The notes: generated from the letters alone by a model not told the origin. A stretch of DNA of 11,501 bases from an uncultured bacterium (GCA_964548195.1 CAZJQC010000004.1:1-11501), one strand, 5' to 3'; positions 1 to 8,151 are shown, counted from the stretch's first letter. Numbers and translations: made by a program.

Positions 1-236
1 CGGACATTGTGGACATTGTGGACGGACACGGACATTGCGGACAGCCACGGACATTGTGGACATTGTGGACGGACACGGACATTGCGGACAGCCACGGACA
101 TTATGGACATTGTGGACGGACACGGACATTGCGGACAGCCACGGACATTATGGACATTGCGGACATTGTGGACATTGTGGACGGACACGGACATTATGGA
201 CAGCCACGGACATTATGGACGGACGCGGAGAGCCCC
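1..236. repeat. Modular GGAC tandem repeat array (47-bp higher-order unit A-A-B-A-C), truncated at the window's left edge
   Basis: From position 2 the sequence parses completely into modules A=GGACATT(G/A)(T/C) (9 nt, 15 copies), B=GGACGGACAC (10 nt, 5 copies, the last being GGACGGACGC) and C=GGACAGCCAC (10 nt, 4 copies), then a degenerate GGAGAGCCCC at 227-236. Units are 2-48, 49-95, 96-142, 143-207 (two extra A modules) and a partial unit at 208-236. Confidence 0.97.
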
Positions 237-254
237 AAATACAGACACAACAGA

Positions 255-295
255 GGATGTTTATCAAAGATCAGGGTGTTTGCCAATAAACATCC
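255..295. other. Stem-loop (10-bp perfect inverted repeat with an inner 4-bp stem)
   Basis: GGATGTTTAT (255-264) is the reverse complement of ATAAACATCC (286-295). The inner CAAA (265-268) can pair with TTTG (279-282). Confidence 0.7.
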
Positions 296-309
296 CGTTC
301 AAAAGATCT

Positions 310-340
310 GGTCGAGATCAAAACGTGGTCTTGACCTTTT
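310..340 (+). terminator. Putative intrinsic terminator on the + strand, downstream of the repeat array
   Basis: GGTCGAGATCA (310-320), loop AAACG, TGGTCTTGACC (326-336) form an 11-bp stem with two G-U pairs that pair only in the + strand RNA, followed by TTTT (337-340). The U-tract is short. Confidence 0.5.
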
Positions 341-363
341 AGTACATATCTTTTCCCGGATGG

Positions 364-394
364 TTCGGGGGCGGGGAGATCCCCCCGCCCTGAA
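364..394. terminator. GC-rich hairpin just downstream of the gldA stop codon (possible terminator or 3' stabiliser)
   Basis: GGGCGGGG (369-376) pairs with CCCCGCCC (383-390), extended by TTC/GAA. It lies about 11 nt past the gldA stop and has no clear U-tract on either strand. Confidence 0.45.
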
Positions 395-405
395 TACGGA
401 AATGG

Positions 406-1497
406 TCAGTATTTCAGCGCGCGGCCCGTTGCGTCCGCGGCTTTCATGGCATTGAATACCGCATCGGCGGTCACCGGCAGCGGTTCGTTGTGTATGGTCT
501 CGCCCTCCGCGCATGATGCCTCCGCAGCCTTCATGAGATCGGCGTCGCTGACATCCTTAAGGCCGATATCTTCCAACGTGGTCGGAAGTCCCACAGCCTC
601 ACAGAAGGAGAATACCTCTCTGATAAGATCGGGCTCCTTGTCCGTGAGAATAAGGGAGGTCAGCGTGCCGAATGCGACTTTTTCACCGTGGAAAAAGGCA
701 TGCGTAGCCTCAAGCACCGTGAGTCCGTTGTGTATGGCGTGGGCCGCGGCCAGTCCGCCGCTTTCGAAACCAAGTCCGGAAAGCAGCGTATTGGCTTCTA
801 TGATCTTTTCAAGAGCCGGAGTCACCACGCCGGCCGATGCCGATATCACGGCAGTCTCGCCGTATTCCATAAGGGTGTCGAAACACAGCTCCGCCAGCGC
901 ATAGGCAGTCATGGAACCGATATCGCCGGTCATGTTGGGCGCGTATTTCGCCCTGGCGGATTCCGCTTCAAAGTAAGTGGCAAGCGCGTCTCCTATGCCC
1001 GAGACAAGAAAACGCACGGGCGCGTTTGCTATTACCATGGTGTCGACCAGTACGATGTCGGGATTCTTGGGTAGTACAAGATAGCGCTTAAATTCCCCTT
1101 CCTGAGTGTATATTACCGAGAGAGCGCTGCAGGGCGCGTCGGTGGACGCTATGGTGGGCACGACTGCAACAGGATTGCCGCTGGCATGCGCCACTGCTTT
1201 TGCAGTGTCCAGTGCCTTGCCTCCGCCTATGCCGCATATGATGTCATTTTTATTTTTTCGGACTATCTCTGAAAGGTGGTCGATCTCTTCATCGGAACAT
1301 TCACTGTTGAACACTTCCATGTCAACACCGATCTTTTCTTTGATTTGATCCAGGAATTTATTCAGTATATTCTCAGCTGCAAAGGGATCAGCGATGATGA
1401 ATGCTTTTTTGCCGAATCTTGCAAGTTCATCTCCAAGTCTTTTTAAAGCGTTTTCGCCCTGGACATAGCGCCCGGGAAAAATCGTGGTTTTCATCAT
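406..1497 (-). CDS. gldA: NAD-dependent glycerol dehydrogenase (family III metal-dependent polyol dehydrogenase)
   Basis: 363 aa. Motifs: N-terminal PGRYVQG, GIGGGKALDTAK, PTIASTDAPCSALSVIYT, GIGDALATYFEA, SGLGFESGGLAAAHAIHNGLT, HGEKVAFG. RBS GGAGGTG (revcomp of 1502-1508) lies upstream. The tandem ATGs leave a one-codon start uncertainty. Confidence 0.95.
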   Translation of the reverse strand: MMKTTIFPGRYVQGENALKRLGDELARFGKKAFIIADPFAAENILNKFLDQIKEKIGVDMEVFNSECSDEEIDHLSEIVRKNKNDIICGIGGGKALDTAKAVAHASGNPVAVVPTIASTDAPCSALSVIYTQEGEFKRYLVLPKNPDIVLVDTMVIANAPVRFLVSGIGDALATYFEAESARAKYAPNMTGDIGSMTAYALAELCFDTLMEYGETAVISASAGVVTPALEKIIEANTLLSGLGFESGGLAAAHAIHNGLTVLEATHAFFHGEKVAFGTLTSLILTDKEPDLIREVFSFCEAVGLPTTLEDIGLKDVSDADLMKAAEASCAEGETIHNEPLPVTADAVFNAMKAADATGRALKY

Positions 1498-1510
1498 AAT
1501 ACACCTCCAT

Positions 1511-1528
1511 TAGTGATTTATATCACGA
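1511..1528. promoter_or_regulatory. Palindromic operator 1 (GTGA-N6-TCAC; Rex/CRP-FNR-like)
   Basis: TAGTGATTTATATCACGA overlaps the predicted transcription start of gldA. Confidence 0.6.
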
Positions 1529-1556
1529 AAGTAGCAGAAACAAGCCCTGCTGTCAA
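1528..1556 (-). promoter_or_regulatory. Sigma70/SigA-type promoter for gldA
   Basis: Minus strand reads TTGACA (1556-1551), a 17-nt spacer, then TACTTT (1533-1528), preceded by TGn (extended -10). Confidence 0.7.
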
Positions 1557-1561
1557 GCAAA

Positions 1562-1579
1562 AAGTGAAAATATTCACGA
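1562..1579. promoter_or_regulatory. Palindromic operator 2 (GTGAA-N4-TTCAC; Rex-like)
   Basis: AAGTGAAAATATTCACGA lies just upstream of the -35 box and resembles the Rex consensus TTGTGAA-N4-TTCACAA. Confidence 0.6.
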
Positions 1580-1786
1580 TATTAAATATACAGTCTTATA
1601 TACGTCCTTTTGGAGAATATGGAAAGAGGCGGGAGATTTTATTATATGTATTAAAGAGCTCGGGTCTTACGGGTCTTTATGGGATGGTTATAAGCTGCCG
1701 CTAACAAGGCCTGCCCCTGACATGCGCTTTTCCATGGGGAAACGGTGGATATCATGGGTGAAGGAAGACAGCGGTTCCACGATATT

Positions 1787-3013
1787 CTATTTGTTTTCTT
1801 TGCCGATATGTGACTGAGATTTGAAAAATATGTAATATACGGTGGTGGAAATGATATACAAAGCTATGGTGACGAAGAATGAATATGAAAAGGAATACTT
1901 TTCTATGATACGGCCTCCCAGAAAAGCGCTTACCATCCATGAGAGGTTCCATGCGATCTGGGTGATAGAGTGTGTCATGGGCTGTTCCTTCTCCGAAACG
2001 ACTTCCATGGCAAAATTTCTGTTCAGAGGCTGGTTCATGTTCATCAGAGTCGTCCGGAGAAAAAATGCTCCCACGGCAAGGGGCAGGTTTTTCGTGAGCG
2101 CCATGATGAGCATAAAGGGAAGGGACAGCAATTGTGTGACCACTATGCCCTTTATCATCCCGAAACGCTTTGATAACAGCGGCGCGCTCATCATGCCTAT
2201 GAACATGAATACCTGAAGCAGTGAAAAATAAAGCCCTATGGCTCCGGACCCCAGCCCGAAGACATTGCGGAAGTAGAGGTTCATGAAGGGGATGATGAGC
2301 CCCGCGCCCATCCCCACTATAAACCTGGGGATGACCAGCTTTATGATGGTGTGCCAGTCGTATGAACGTATCTCCGCGAATAGTCTTTTTCCCGACACAT
2401 AAACAGGTTTCTTTTCACTGATCCATGTGTAGGGCAGCATTGAAAGCATGGTCGCGCCGATAGAGGCGTATAATGTGACCTTGTAGGCGCTTACCAGATC
2501 TGTCGATATGCCCGTTTCCATAAAGAGATGGGGCAGGTATCCGCCTATTATATTGCCTATGAGCTGGGATATCACGAATACGACGGCCTGAAGGCTGAAG
2601 AGGTATATGCGCTCCTTTTCCGTGCTGTTGCGCATGAAAAACGGTGCCGAGACAAGCCTGTATGTCATAAAAAACATATGCGCGAAGAAAGCGAAGACTA
2701 TGATGAGAGTAAGTTCGTTGAAGGTCACCTGAAAGGCATAGCATGCCGAAGCAAGCAGAGTCGCCCCGATAAGTATGTGTTTTGCATGCACCCGGCGCAG
2801 CAGTATGGCCACCGGTATGGCTATCACGGCAGCGCCCAGTGACCGTGCCGAGAGTATGGTGCCTATGCTTCCCTCGCCGTATCCCGCTTCCTTCAGATAA
2901 AGGTTGAAAAGAAGCCTGAATACGGACATCCCGATCCCGTTGAATACGCCGCCAAGTAAAAATAATTTTGCATTTCGTGATATCAGTTTGAATGAACTAA
3001 GATATTCGCCCAT
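1787..3013 (-). CDS. Major facilitator superfamily (MFS) transporter
   Basis: About 12 hydrophobic segments in two halves. MFS-typical segments include LLFNLYLKEAGY, IPFMNLYFRNVFG, LSKRFG and FFLRTTLMNMNQP. Start placed at the ATG at 3013 (MGEY, 408 aa) because AAAGGTGG lies upstream; the ORF-track start is 3046. Substrate unknown. Confidence 0.88.
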   Translation of the reverse strand: MGEYLSSFKLISRNAKLFLLGGVFNGIGMSVFRLLFNLYLKEAGYGEGSIGTILSARSLGAAVIAIPVAILLRRVHAKHILIGATLLASACYAFQVTFNELTLIIVFAFFAHMFFMTYRLVSAPFFMRNSTEKERIYLFSLQAVVFVISQLIGNIIGGYLPHLFMETGISTDLVSAYKVTLYASIGATMLSMLPYTWISEKKPVYVSGKRLFAEIRSYDWHTIIKLVIPRFIVGMGAGLIIPFMNLYFRNVFGLGSGAIGLYFSLLQVFMFIGMMSAPLLSKRFGMIKGIVVTQLLSLPFMLIMALTKNLPLAVGAFFLRTTLMNMNQPLNRNFAMEVVSEKEQPMTHSITQIAWNLSWMVSAFLGGRIIEKYSFSYSFFVTIALYIISTTVYYIFFKSQSHIGKENK

Positions 3014-3176
3014 CGGCCACCTTTCGCAAAACGAAGAATATATCATTATTTTGATCTTGTCAAGCTGGGGCGGGGGGCTTCATGGCCGCCGCGAAGAATC
3101 TGACTTGAATTCTGTTTTTAATCGATTAAACTACTGTTATGTAGGTATGTTCAGGTTTTAACCGGAAAGGAGACCT

Positions 3177-3626
3177 ATGAGCGACACTAAAGGAGAGATC
3201 CGTATGACAGGCCCGTGCGGGATAGACTGTTCCATCTGTGAGCTTCATCTTGCGGGAAAAGACGAGGGGTTGAAAAAATACCTTGTTTCCCGGGGTATTC
3301 CCGAGCAATCGCTTCCCTGTCCCGGCTGCAGGGACTTGAAGGGCGCCTGCCCCGTCATAAAGTCTGTGTGCGAGACTTATAAATGCAGTGCAAAAAAAGG
3401 CGTGGATTTCTGCTTTGAATGCGGCGATTTCCCGTGTGAAAAACTTAACCCGGCCAAAGACGGAGCGGATCTGCTGCCGCATAATCTGAAGATGTATAAC
3501 CTTGCCTGTATTAAGAACAGGGGTGTAACTGAGTTTAAAAAAAGGTCCGGGGAGATAAAGAAGCTTTATTTTCAGGGAAAGATGCGTATAGGTTCGGGGC
3601 CCGGGCTTCAGGAAAATGGCGAGTGA
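3177..3626 (+). CDS. Cys-rich DUF3795-like putative metal-binding protein
   Basis: 149 aa. Pattern CGIDCSIC...CPGCR...C...CETYKC...GVDFCFECGDFPCEKL is typical of DUF3795. RBS AAAGGAG lies upstream. Confidence 0.8.
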   Translation: MSDTKGEIRMTGPCGIDCSICELHLAGKDEGLKKYLVSRGIPEQSLPCPGCRDLKGACPVIKSVCETYKCSAKKGVDFCFECGDFPCEKLNPAKDGADLLPHNLKMYNLACIKNRGVTEFKKRSGEIKKLYFQGKMRIGSGPGLQENGE

Positions 3627-3750
3627 GCAGGCGTTAGCGCGAGGGCGGCGTCGTTTTGCCAATATGATCAGTATCGTTTTTGGAAACGGGGGCGAGAAGG
3701 ATGCATGACGGCCAAAAATTTTTTTTCATTGTATACCCGCGGGGGTCGCG

Positions 3751-4608
3751 ATGAAGACCTTTCTTGACTGTTTTCCCTGTTTTCTGTCCCAGGCGCTGAG
3801 AGCAGGCAGGATAGCCGGCGCGGATGAGAAAAAAATCAGAGAGATCGTCAACGAGACTGCGGGTCTTATACAATCCTTTTCTGAGGGGCTAACGCCTCCC
3901 GAGATGGGGGAAGCCGTCTATGCCGCCGTATCCCGCGTAACAGGCGTGGAAGACCCTTTTAAAGAAGTCAAGGCACGCAATATAAAAAAAGCCCGGGAAC
4001 TGTTTCCACTATTTCAGCGGGATCTTGAGGATGCTCCCAACAGGCTTGAAAAAGCCGTCCGTCTTGCCATTGCGGGAAACGTGATCGATCTCGGCATCAA
4101 AGGGGACATTGACATCTTTTCCGAAGTGAAGGAGACTGCCGAAGCAGTTCCGGGTATTTTTGATTATGAGAAGTTCAGGGAAAGATCGGCCAGCGCTGAG
4201 ACGATACTGGTGCTTGGCGACAACGCGGGAGAAGCGGTCTTTGACAAGTTCCTTCTCAGTGAGATGGGAGAAGAGAAAAAAATCTATTATGCGGTACGCG
4301 ACAAGGCCGTGATAAACGATGTCACGGTGAAAGAAGCCATGGAAGCCGGCATTGATGAATATGCTGAGATCATATCTTCGGGTACAAAAGCCCCCGGCAC
4401 GCTGCTCACACACTGCAGCGATGAGTTTCTTGAGATTTTTAAGTCAGCAGATCTGGTGGTCAGCAAAGGACAGGGAAATTACGAAGCGTTGTCGGAAGCG
4501 GACAGGGATATTTTCTTTTTGTTGAAAGCCAAATGTCCTGTGATCGCGAGAGATTTGAATACAGCCATAAGCAGTCCGGTTTTATGCTATAAGGAGAAAT
4601 ATGTGTGA
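3751..4608 (+). CDS. DUF89/ARMT1-like damage-control metal-dependent phosphatase (subfamily I type)
   Basis: 285 aa. N-terminal DCFPC plus DPFKEVK, AIAGNVID, GDNAGEAVFD, INDVT, SKGQGNYEALS and LKAKCPV. Confidence 0.88.
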   Translation: MKTFLDCFPCFLSQALRAGRIAGADEKKIREIVNETAGLIQSFSEGLTPPEMGEAVYAAVSRVTGVEDPFKEVKARNIKKARELFPLFQRDLEDAPNRLEKAVRLAIAGNVIDLGIKGDIDIFSEVKETAEAVPGIFDYEKFRERSASAETILVLGDNAGEAVFDKFLLSEMGEEKKIYYAVRDKAVINDVTVKEAMEAGIDEYAEIISSGTKAPGTLLTHCSDEFLEIFKSADLVVSKGQGNYEALSEADRDIFFLLKAKCPVIARDLNTAISSPVLCYKEKYV

Positions 4609-5074
4609 TGTGAGTGTTATTCTGATAGACAGGTCAAACTGGCGGGAGTTTGCCGCCCTGGATATCAAAGAAAATCAGTATGATCTTCTTCCCCCCAGGA
4701 CAGGGATGTATATGCTGGCAAGGCATTACGCTGAACCTGAGTGGGAAATATTTGCTTTTGCTCTGGATGATAAACTCATAGGGGGCTTTTCATTGCGTAT
4801 GTTTGAGGGCGAAAAACGCTGCGGCATAGAACGATTTTTTATTGCACGTGAGTATCAGGAAAAAGGACTTGCTTCCCGGGCTTTGAAGGCCTCACTTGAT
4901 TACCTTTTTAAGACATATGCAGATTCTGAACTTGCGGACATCACAGTGGAACCTGAAAACAGACACGCCATATACATATATAAAAAGTGCGGTTTTATTG
5001 AAAACCGCAGTAAAAGTGATCCTGAACTTATGTGGCTGGAACTGAAAAAAAAGGACTTTTATGAAAATCAGTAA
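4601..5074 (+). CDS. GNAT family N-acetyltransferase
   Basis: 157 aa. Acetyl-CoA motif RFFIAREYQEKGLAS and C-terminal VEPENRHAIYIYKKCGF. Overlaps the upstream stop by 8 bp; RBS AAGGAG. Confidence 0.85.
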   Translation: MCDVSVILIDRSNWREFAALDIKENQYDLLPPRTGMYMLARHYAEPEWEIFAFALDDKLIGGFSLRMFEGEKRCGIERFFIAREYQEKGLASRALKASLDYLFKTYADSELADITVEPENRHAIYIYKKCGFIENRSKSDPELMWLELKKKDFYENQ

Positions 5075-5711
5075 AATCAAAGTCGTTGATCTCTCTCATA
5101 TGATTGATGAGGATATGCCGGTATACCCGGGAAGTGATAAGCCCAAGCTGGAACGTCTTTTTACTGTGGAAGCAAATGGCTTTGCAGAGATGAAAATGTC
5201 CATGTTTACACATACCGGCACCCATATGGATGCGCCGGCGCATATGATAGCCGGAGGGAAAACGCTGGATGCTTTCGGCCTTGATAAGTTTATTGGAAGG
5301 GGCCTGGTGATCTCCGCAGAGGGGGGTAAGGATGGACTCATCACTCTGGAAAGTCTCATCTCTCAGGAAGATAAGATACTCATGGCCGATTTCGTTTTGC
5401 TGAAAACCTGCTGGAGCAGGTACTGGGGCGAAGAAAGGTATTTTGAGGGTTTTCCCGTACTTACATCAGAAGCATCAAAATGGCTTGGGGAAAGACAGCT
5501 GAAAGGTTTGGGTGTTGACGCTGTATCCGTTGACCCCATAGATGATGAAATCATGAGAAACCATAAGAATCTGCTTTCCGCGGGGTTTGTGATCATAGAG
5601 AATCTGACCAATCTGGAGTGTCTGCCTGAATCGGATTTTATTTTTCAATGTTTTCCTTTACCTGTTAAAGATGGGGACGGCAGCCCTGTGAGAGCGGCGG
5701 GAATTATATGA
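5061..5711 (+). CDS. Cyclase-family metal-dependent hydrolase (kynurenine formamidase KynB-like)
   Basis: 216 aa. HxGTHxDxPxH signature (HTGTHMDAPAH), plus DLSH, PVYPG, GVDAVSVD, IIENLTNL and GDGSPVRA. Confidence 0.9.
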   Translation: MKISKIKVVDLSHMIDEDMPVYPGSDKPKLERLFTVEANGFAEMKMSMFTHTGTHMDAPAHMIAGGKTLDAFGLDKFIGRGLVISAEGGKDGLITLESLISQEDKILMADFVLLKTCWSRYWGEERYFEGFPVLTSEASKWLGERQLKGLGVDAVSVDPIDDEIMRNHKNLLSAGFVIIENLTNLECLPESDFIFQCFPLPVKDGDGSPVRAAGII

Positions 5712-6352
5712 ACCGGGTGGAGGAAGAAAAACGTTTTTGGGATAAGACCGCTTCAAAATACGATAAAAACGCTTTGTCGCTTCAATCTCTCTACGATGAT
5801 ACTATCGGCAAAATAAAATCGCTTCTCCATGATGATGATGCTGTACTTGAAACAGCCTGCGGCACTGGGATCATCACAGTTGAAATGGCACCGTACTGCA
5901 AAAAGATAACCGGCACAGATGTATCAAAAAAGATGCTGGAGATCGCCGGAGAAAAAGCGCGGGAAAAAGGGCTGGGAAATGTTGCTTTTCAATATGGAGA
6001 TATATGCGCGCTGCCCTTTGAGGATGAGATTTTTGACGTGGTCCTTGTCCCCAATGTGCTTTATCTCATCAAGGAACCCGCCGATGCCGTAAAAGAATGT
6101 GCCAGGGGCCTGAAGAAGAGAGGGCGCATGATAACAGCCACTGACTGCTATGGTGAAAAAGGTTCTTTGCTTCAATTTGTGAAAAAAATCGTTGTGTTTT
6201 CCATGAAGATCACAGGCATGCTGCCGTATGCCTCATCTCTTTCATCAGCTGAGATCGATTCCATGGCGGAAGATGCGGGATTAAAAAAAGTATCCGGAGA
6301 AAATCTCGGGAAAGATCCTGTGAATTATTTTTCCGTTTATGTGAAAGACTAA
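5708..6352 (+). CDS. Class I SAM-dependent methyltransferase
   Basis: 214 aa. FWDKTASKYD, motif I VLETACGTG, GTDVSKKML, GDICALPFEDEIFDVV and LKKRG. ATGA overlap with the cyclase stop. Confidence 0.88.
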   Translation: MNRVEEEKRFWDKTASKYDKNALSLQSLYDDTIGKIKSLLHDDDAVLETACGTGIITVEMAPYCKKITGTDVSKKMLEIAGEKAREKGLGNVAFQYGDICALPFEDEIFDVVLVPNVLYLIKEPADAVKECARGLKKRGRMITATDCYGEKGSLLQFVKKIVVFSMKITGMLPYASSLSSAEIDSMAEDAGLKKVSGENLGKDPVNYFSVYVKD

Positions 6353-6480
6353 AATCGATAAATCAAAGAAATATATTTGAAAATAACTCAGACAGTTAAT
6401 GCCATATTAAAATATGTCCCTAAAATTGAAAAACAGTAAAATTACGGTATATTTATACATTAACATTTAGGAGGTTATGT

Positions 6481-7266
6481 ATGAAAAAGGTTTTACCGGT
6501 TTTGGCAATCGCAGTAATCGCATTGTCACTCTCAGGTTGTTTTCTGGATTCAGACAGTGTGTCTGATATCATGGATCTTTCCGGCCCGGACGAGTATGCC
6601 GCGGCATTTCAGGCTTACGGTGCATTGATCAGTCCTTCAGCAGGAAATGAAGCTGCCGCTCTTTCAAGGCTTGACGGCATCATGGAAAGCATGGTCGGCT
6701 TTTTTGAGGATGGCGAGTGGGATGCTTCCGGTTCCAGCTGGCATTATGAAGAGCAGATTTTTGATACATTGCTTGTCGTGGATATCACAGTTTATAACGG
6801 TAATGAGTTCCGCTGTCAGTGGACGGAGACAAGCAACAGTGTGATTACTGTGACTGGAGATGCTTATTATCATCCGTCTTCCAAAAGTTTCAAGGTGATG
6901 ATCATTACAGGCAGCTGGGAATTCTGGGGCGAGTTTGCCACACCTGATGACGGCGTGTCATATTTTACTCAGCTGGCTTACGCCACCAACCTGGATGCGA
7001 TATTTTTAGCTCCTGGTGTAGTAGGTCCTCGGTATTATGCTCATAAGATCTATTTCCTCACAGACGTGACTGATCTTGTGGGACGCATAAATGGCGATTT
7101 TTTCACTGATCTGACTTCATTTGCAGCGGGAGTCACATCAATCTACAAGAACTCACCCTCAACATGGGACGCATGGAAAACCATGTGGGATCCCGAGTAT
7201 GGTGAATATACATATGATCCCCTAAACGGATATGTATATACGCCGCCTCTGCCTTCAGCTCTTTGA
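6481..7266 (+). CDS. Unknown lipoprotein, paralog 1
   Basis: 261 aa. MKK, a hydrophobic stretch and lipobox LSGC; RBS AGGAGG. Shares conserved blocks with 7399-8151. Confidence 0.85.
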   Translation: MKKVLPVLAIAVIALSLSGCFLDSDSVSDIMDLSGPDEYAAAFQAYGALISPSAGNEAAALSRLDGIMESMVGFFEDGEWDASGSSWHYEEQIFDTLLVVDITVYNGNEFRCQWTETSNSVITVTGDAYYHPSSKSFKVMIITGSWEFWGEFATPDDGVSYFTQLAYATNLDAIFLAPGVVGPRYYAHKIYFLTDVTDLVGRINGDFFTDLTSFAAGVTSIYKNSPSTWDAWKTMWDPEYGEYTYDPLNGYVYTPPLPSAL

Positions 7267-7276
7267 TTTAAAATGG

Positions 7277-7305
7277 AGGGGCGGGTATAACCGCCCCTTT
7301 TTTTT
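7277..7305 (+). terminator. Intrinsic terminator
   Basis: AGGGGCGG, loop GTATAA, CCGCCCCT, followed by a T-run. Confidence 0.9.
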
Positions 7306-7344
7306 GATCTTCCATGGAAAAATCTTTTTTTATCTTTATCCGTC

Positions 7345-7372
7345 TTGATGAACCTGCACGAGATGTTATACT
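7345..7372 (+). promoter_or_regulatory. Putative sigma70 promoter for lipoprotein 2
   Basis: TTGATG-N16-TATACT with an extended -10 TGn. Confidence 0.5.
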
Positions 7373-7398
7373 GAGAGGATGAACATTAAGGAGGGACG

Positions 7399-8151
7399 AT
7401 GAAAAAGTTGACAGTTATTATTATGTTATTGGCGATGGTCGCCCTGTTTTCGGGATGCGGAAGCAATCTCACTTCCATTGTCGACAATGCGGCTTCCGGG
7501 CCGGAACAGTATGCGGATACCATGGGAAGCTATTATGACACCATGGGCTCGCTCATGGAAGATGTCGACGACGAGATGATTGCCGAGCTTATTAGCGTAA
7601 TGGGCATGATCGAAGAGTTCTTTGACAATGCCGAGTGGGATTCGGCCGATTCTTCATGGAGCTATGAATACACCAACGGCAGCACCAGTACCGTTGTCGA
7701 GATCGATACCTACGGCGCCGATGAACTGAAATGCCACTGGGAAGTGTCGATAGACGATGTGTTCGAATGGGGCGGAGACGCATACTATCATCCCGATTCG
7801 GACAGTTTCAAGATACAGTTCGAGTCATCAGGAAGGAAGTTTTGGCTTGAATTTGCGGCTTCCGACGACGGGAACTCATATTTCACTCAGCTTGCCTATG
7901 AGGACATCGGAAATGCGGATGTCTATCTGGCAAAGATATGGGCCTTGAATGACGGCAGCTATATTATAGGGCGCGTGAATGATCAATATCCTCTTTCCGC
8001 CGCAAATTTTACCGATTTTGTGTACAATGTTTCCAAGATCTATAAGAATGCTCCCGATACATGGGATGGCTGGAAGACCATGCCGTATTCAGTCTGGTAT
8101 GAGTTTGACTGGGATGCCACGAACGGCTATTCAGGGGCATGGAACGATTAA
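7399..8151 (+). CDS. Unknown lipoprotein, paralog 2
   Basis: 250 aa. MKK, a hydrophobic stretch and lipobox FSGC; RBS AAGGAGG. Acidic and rich in Trp/Tyr. Confidence 0.85.
   Translation: MKKLTVIIMLLAMVALFSGCGSNLTSIVDNAASGPEQYADTMGSYYDTMGSLMEDVDDEMIAELISVMGMIEEFFDNAEWDSADSSWSYEYTNGSTSTVVEIDTYGADELKCHWEVSIDDVFEWGGDAYYHPDSDSFKIQFESSGRKFWLEFAASDDGNSYFTQLAYEDIGNADVYLAKIWALNDGSYIIGRVNDQYPLSAANFTDFVYNVSKIYKNAPDTWDGWKTMPYSVWYEFDWDATNGYSGAWND

Noticed and set aside
1..236. CRISPR array interpretation
   Set aside because: No unique spacers, no constant 23-47 bp repeat separated by variable sequence, and no cas genes in the window.
7..455. Three overlapping + strand ORFs (7-342, 9-455, 35-289) with GHCG/RTLWT/TDI repeats
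   Set aside because: The repeat modules contain no + strand stop codons, so all three frames stay open. The 47-bp period cycles the same peptides through every frame, and no RBS is evident.
1661..1680. Short direct repeat CGGGTCTT x2
   Set aside because: Only two 8-bp copies, compatible with chance.
1696..1790. GCTAACAAGGC resembling an integron attC left core
   Set aside because: No complementary GTTRRRY core or attC-like hairpin downstream, and no integrase.
446..3161. + strand ORFs antisense to gldA and the MFS gene (e.g. 446-904, 688-1074, 1842-2216, 2528-2842)
   Set aside because: Shadow ORFs opposite well-supported genes, with no recognisable motifs.
6481..8151. Diversity-generating retroelement (TR/VR pair) explanation for the lipoprotein paralogs
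   Set aside because: Differences in the shared blocks involve all bases and include synonymous changes rather than adenine-specific ones, and no reverse transcriptase is present.
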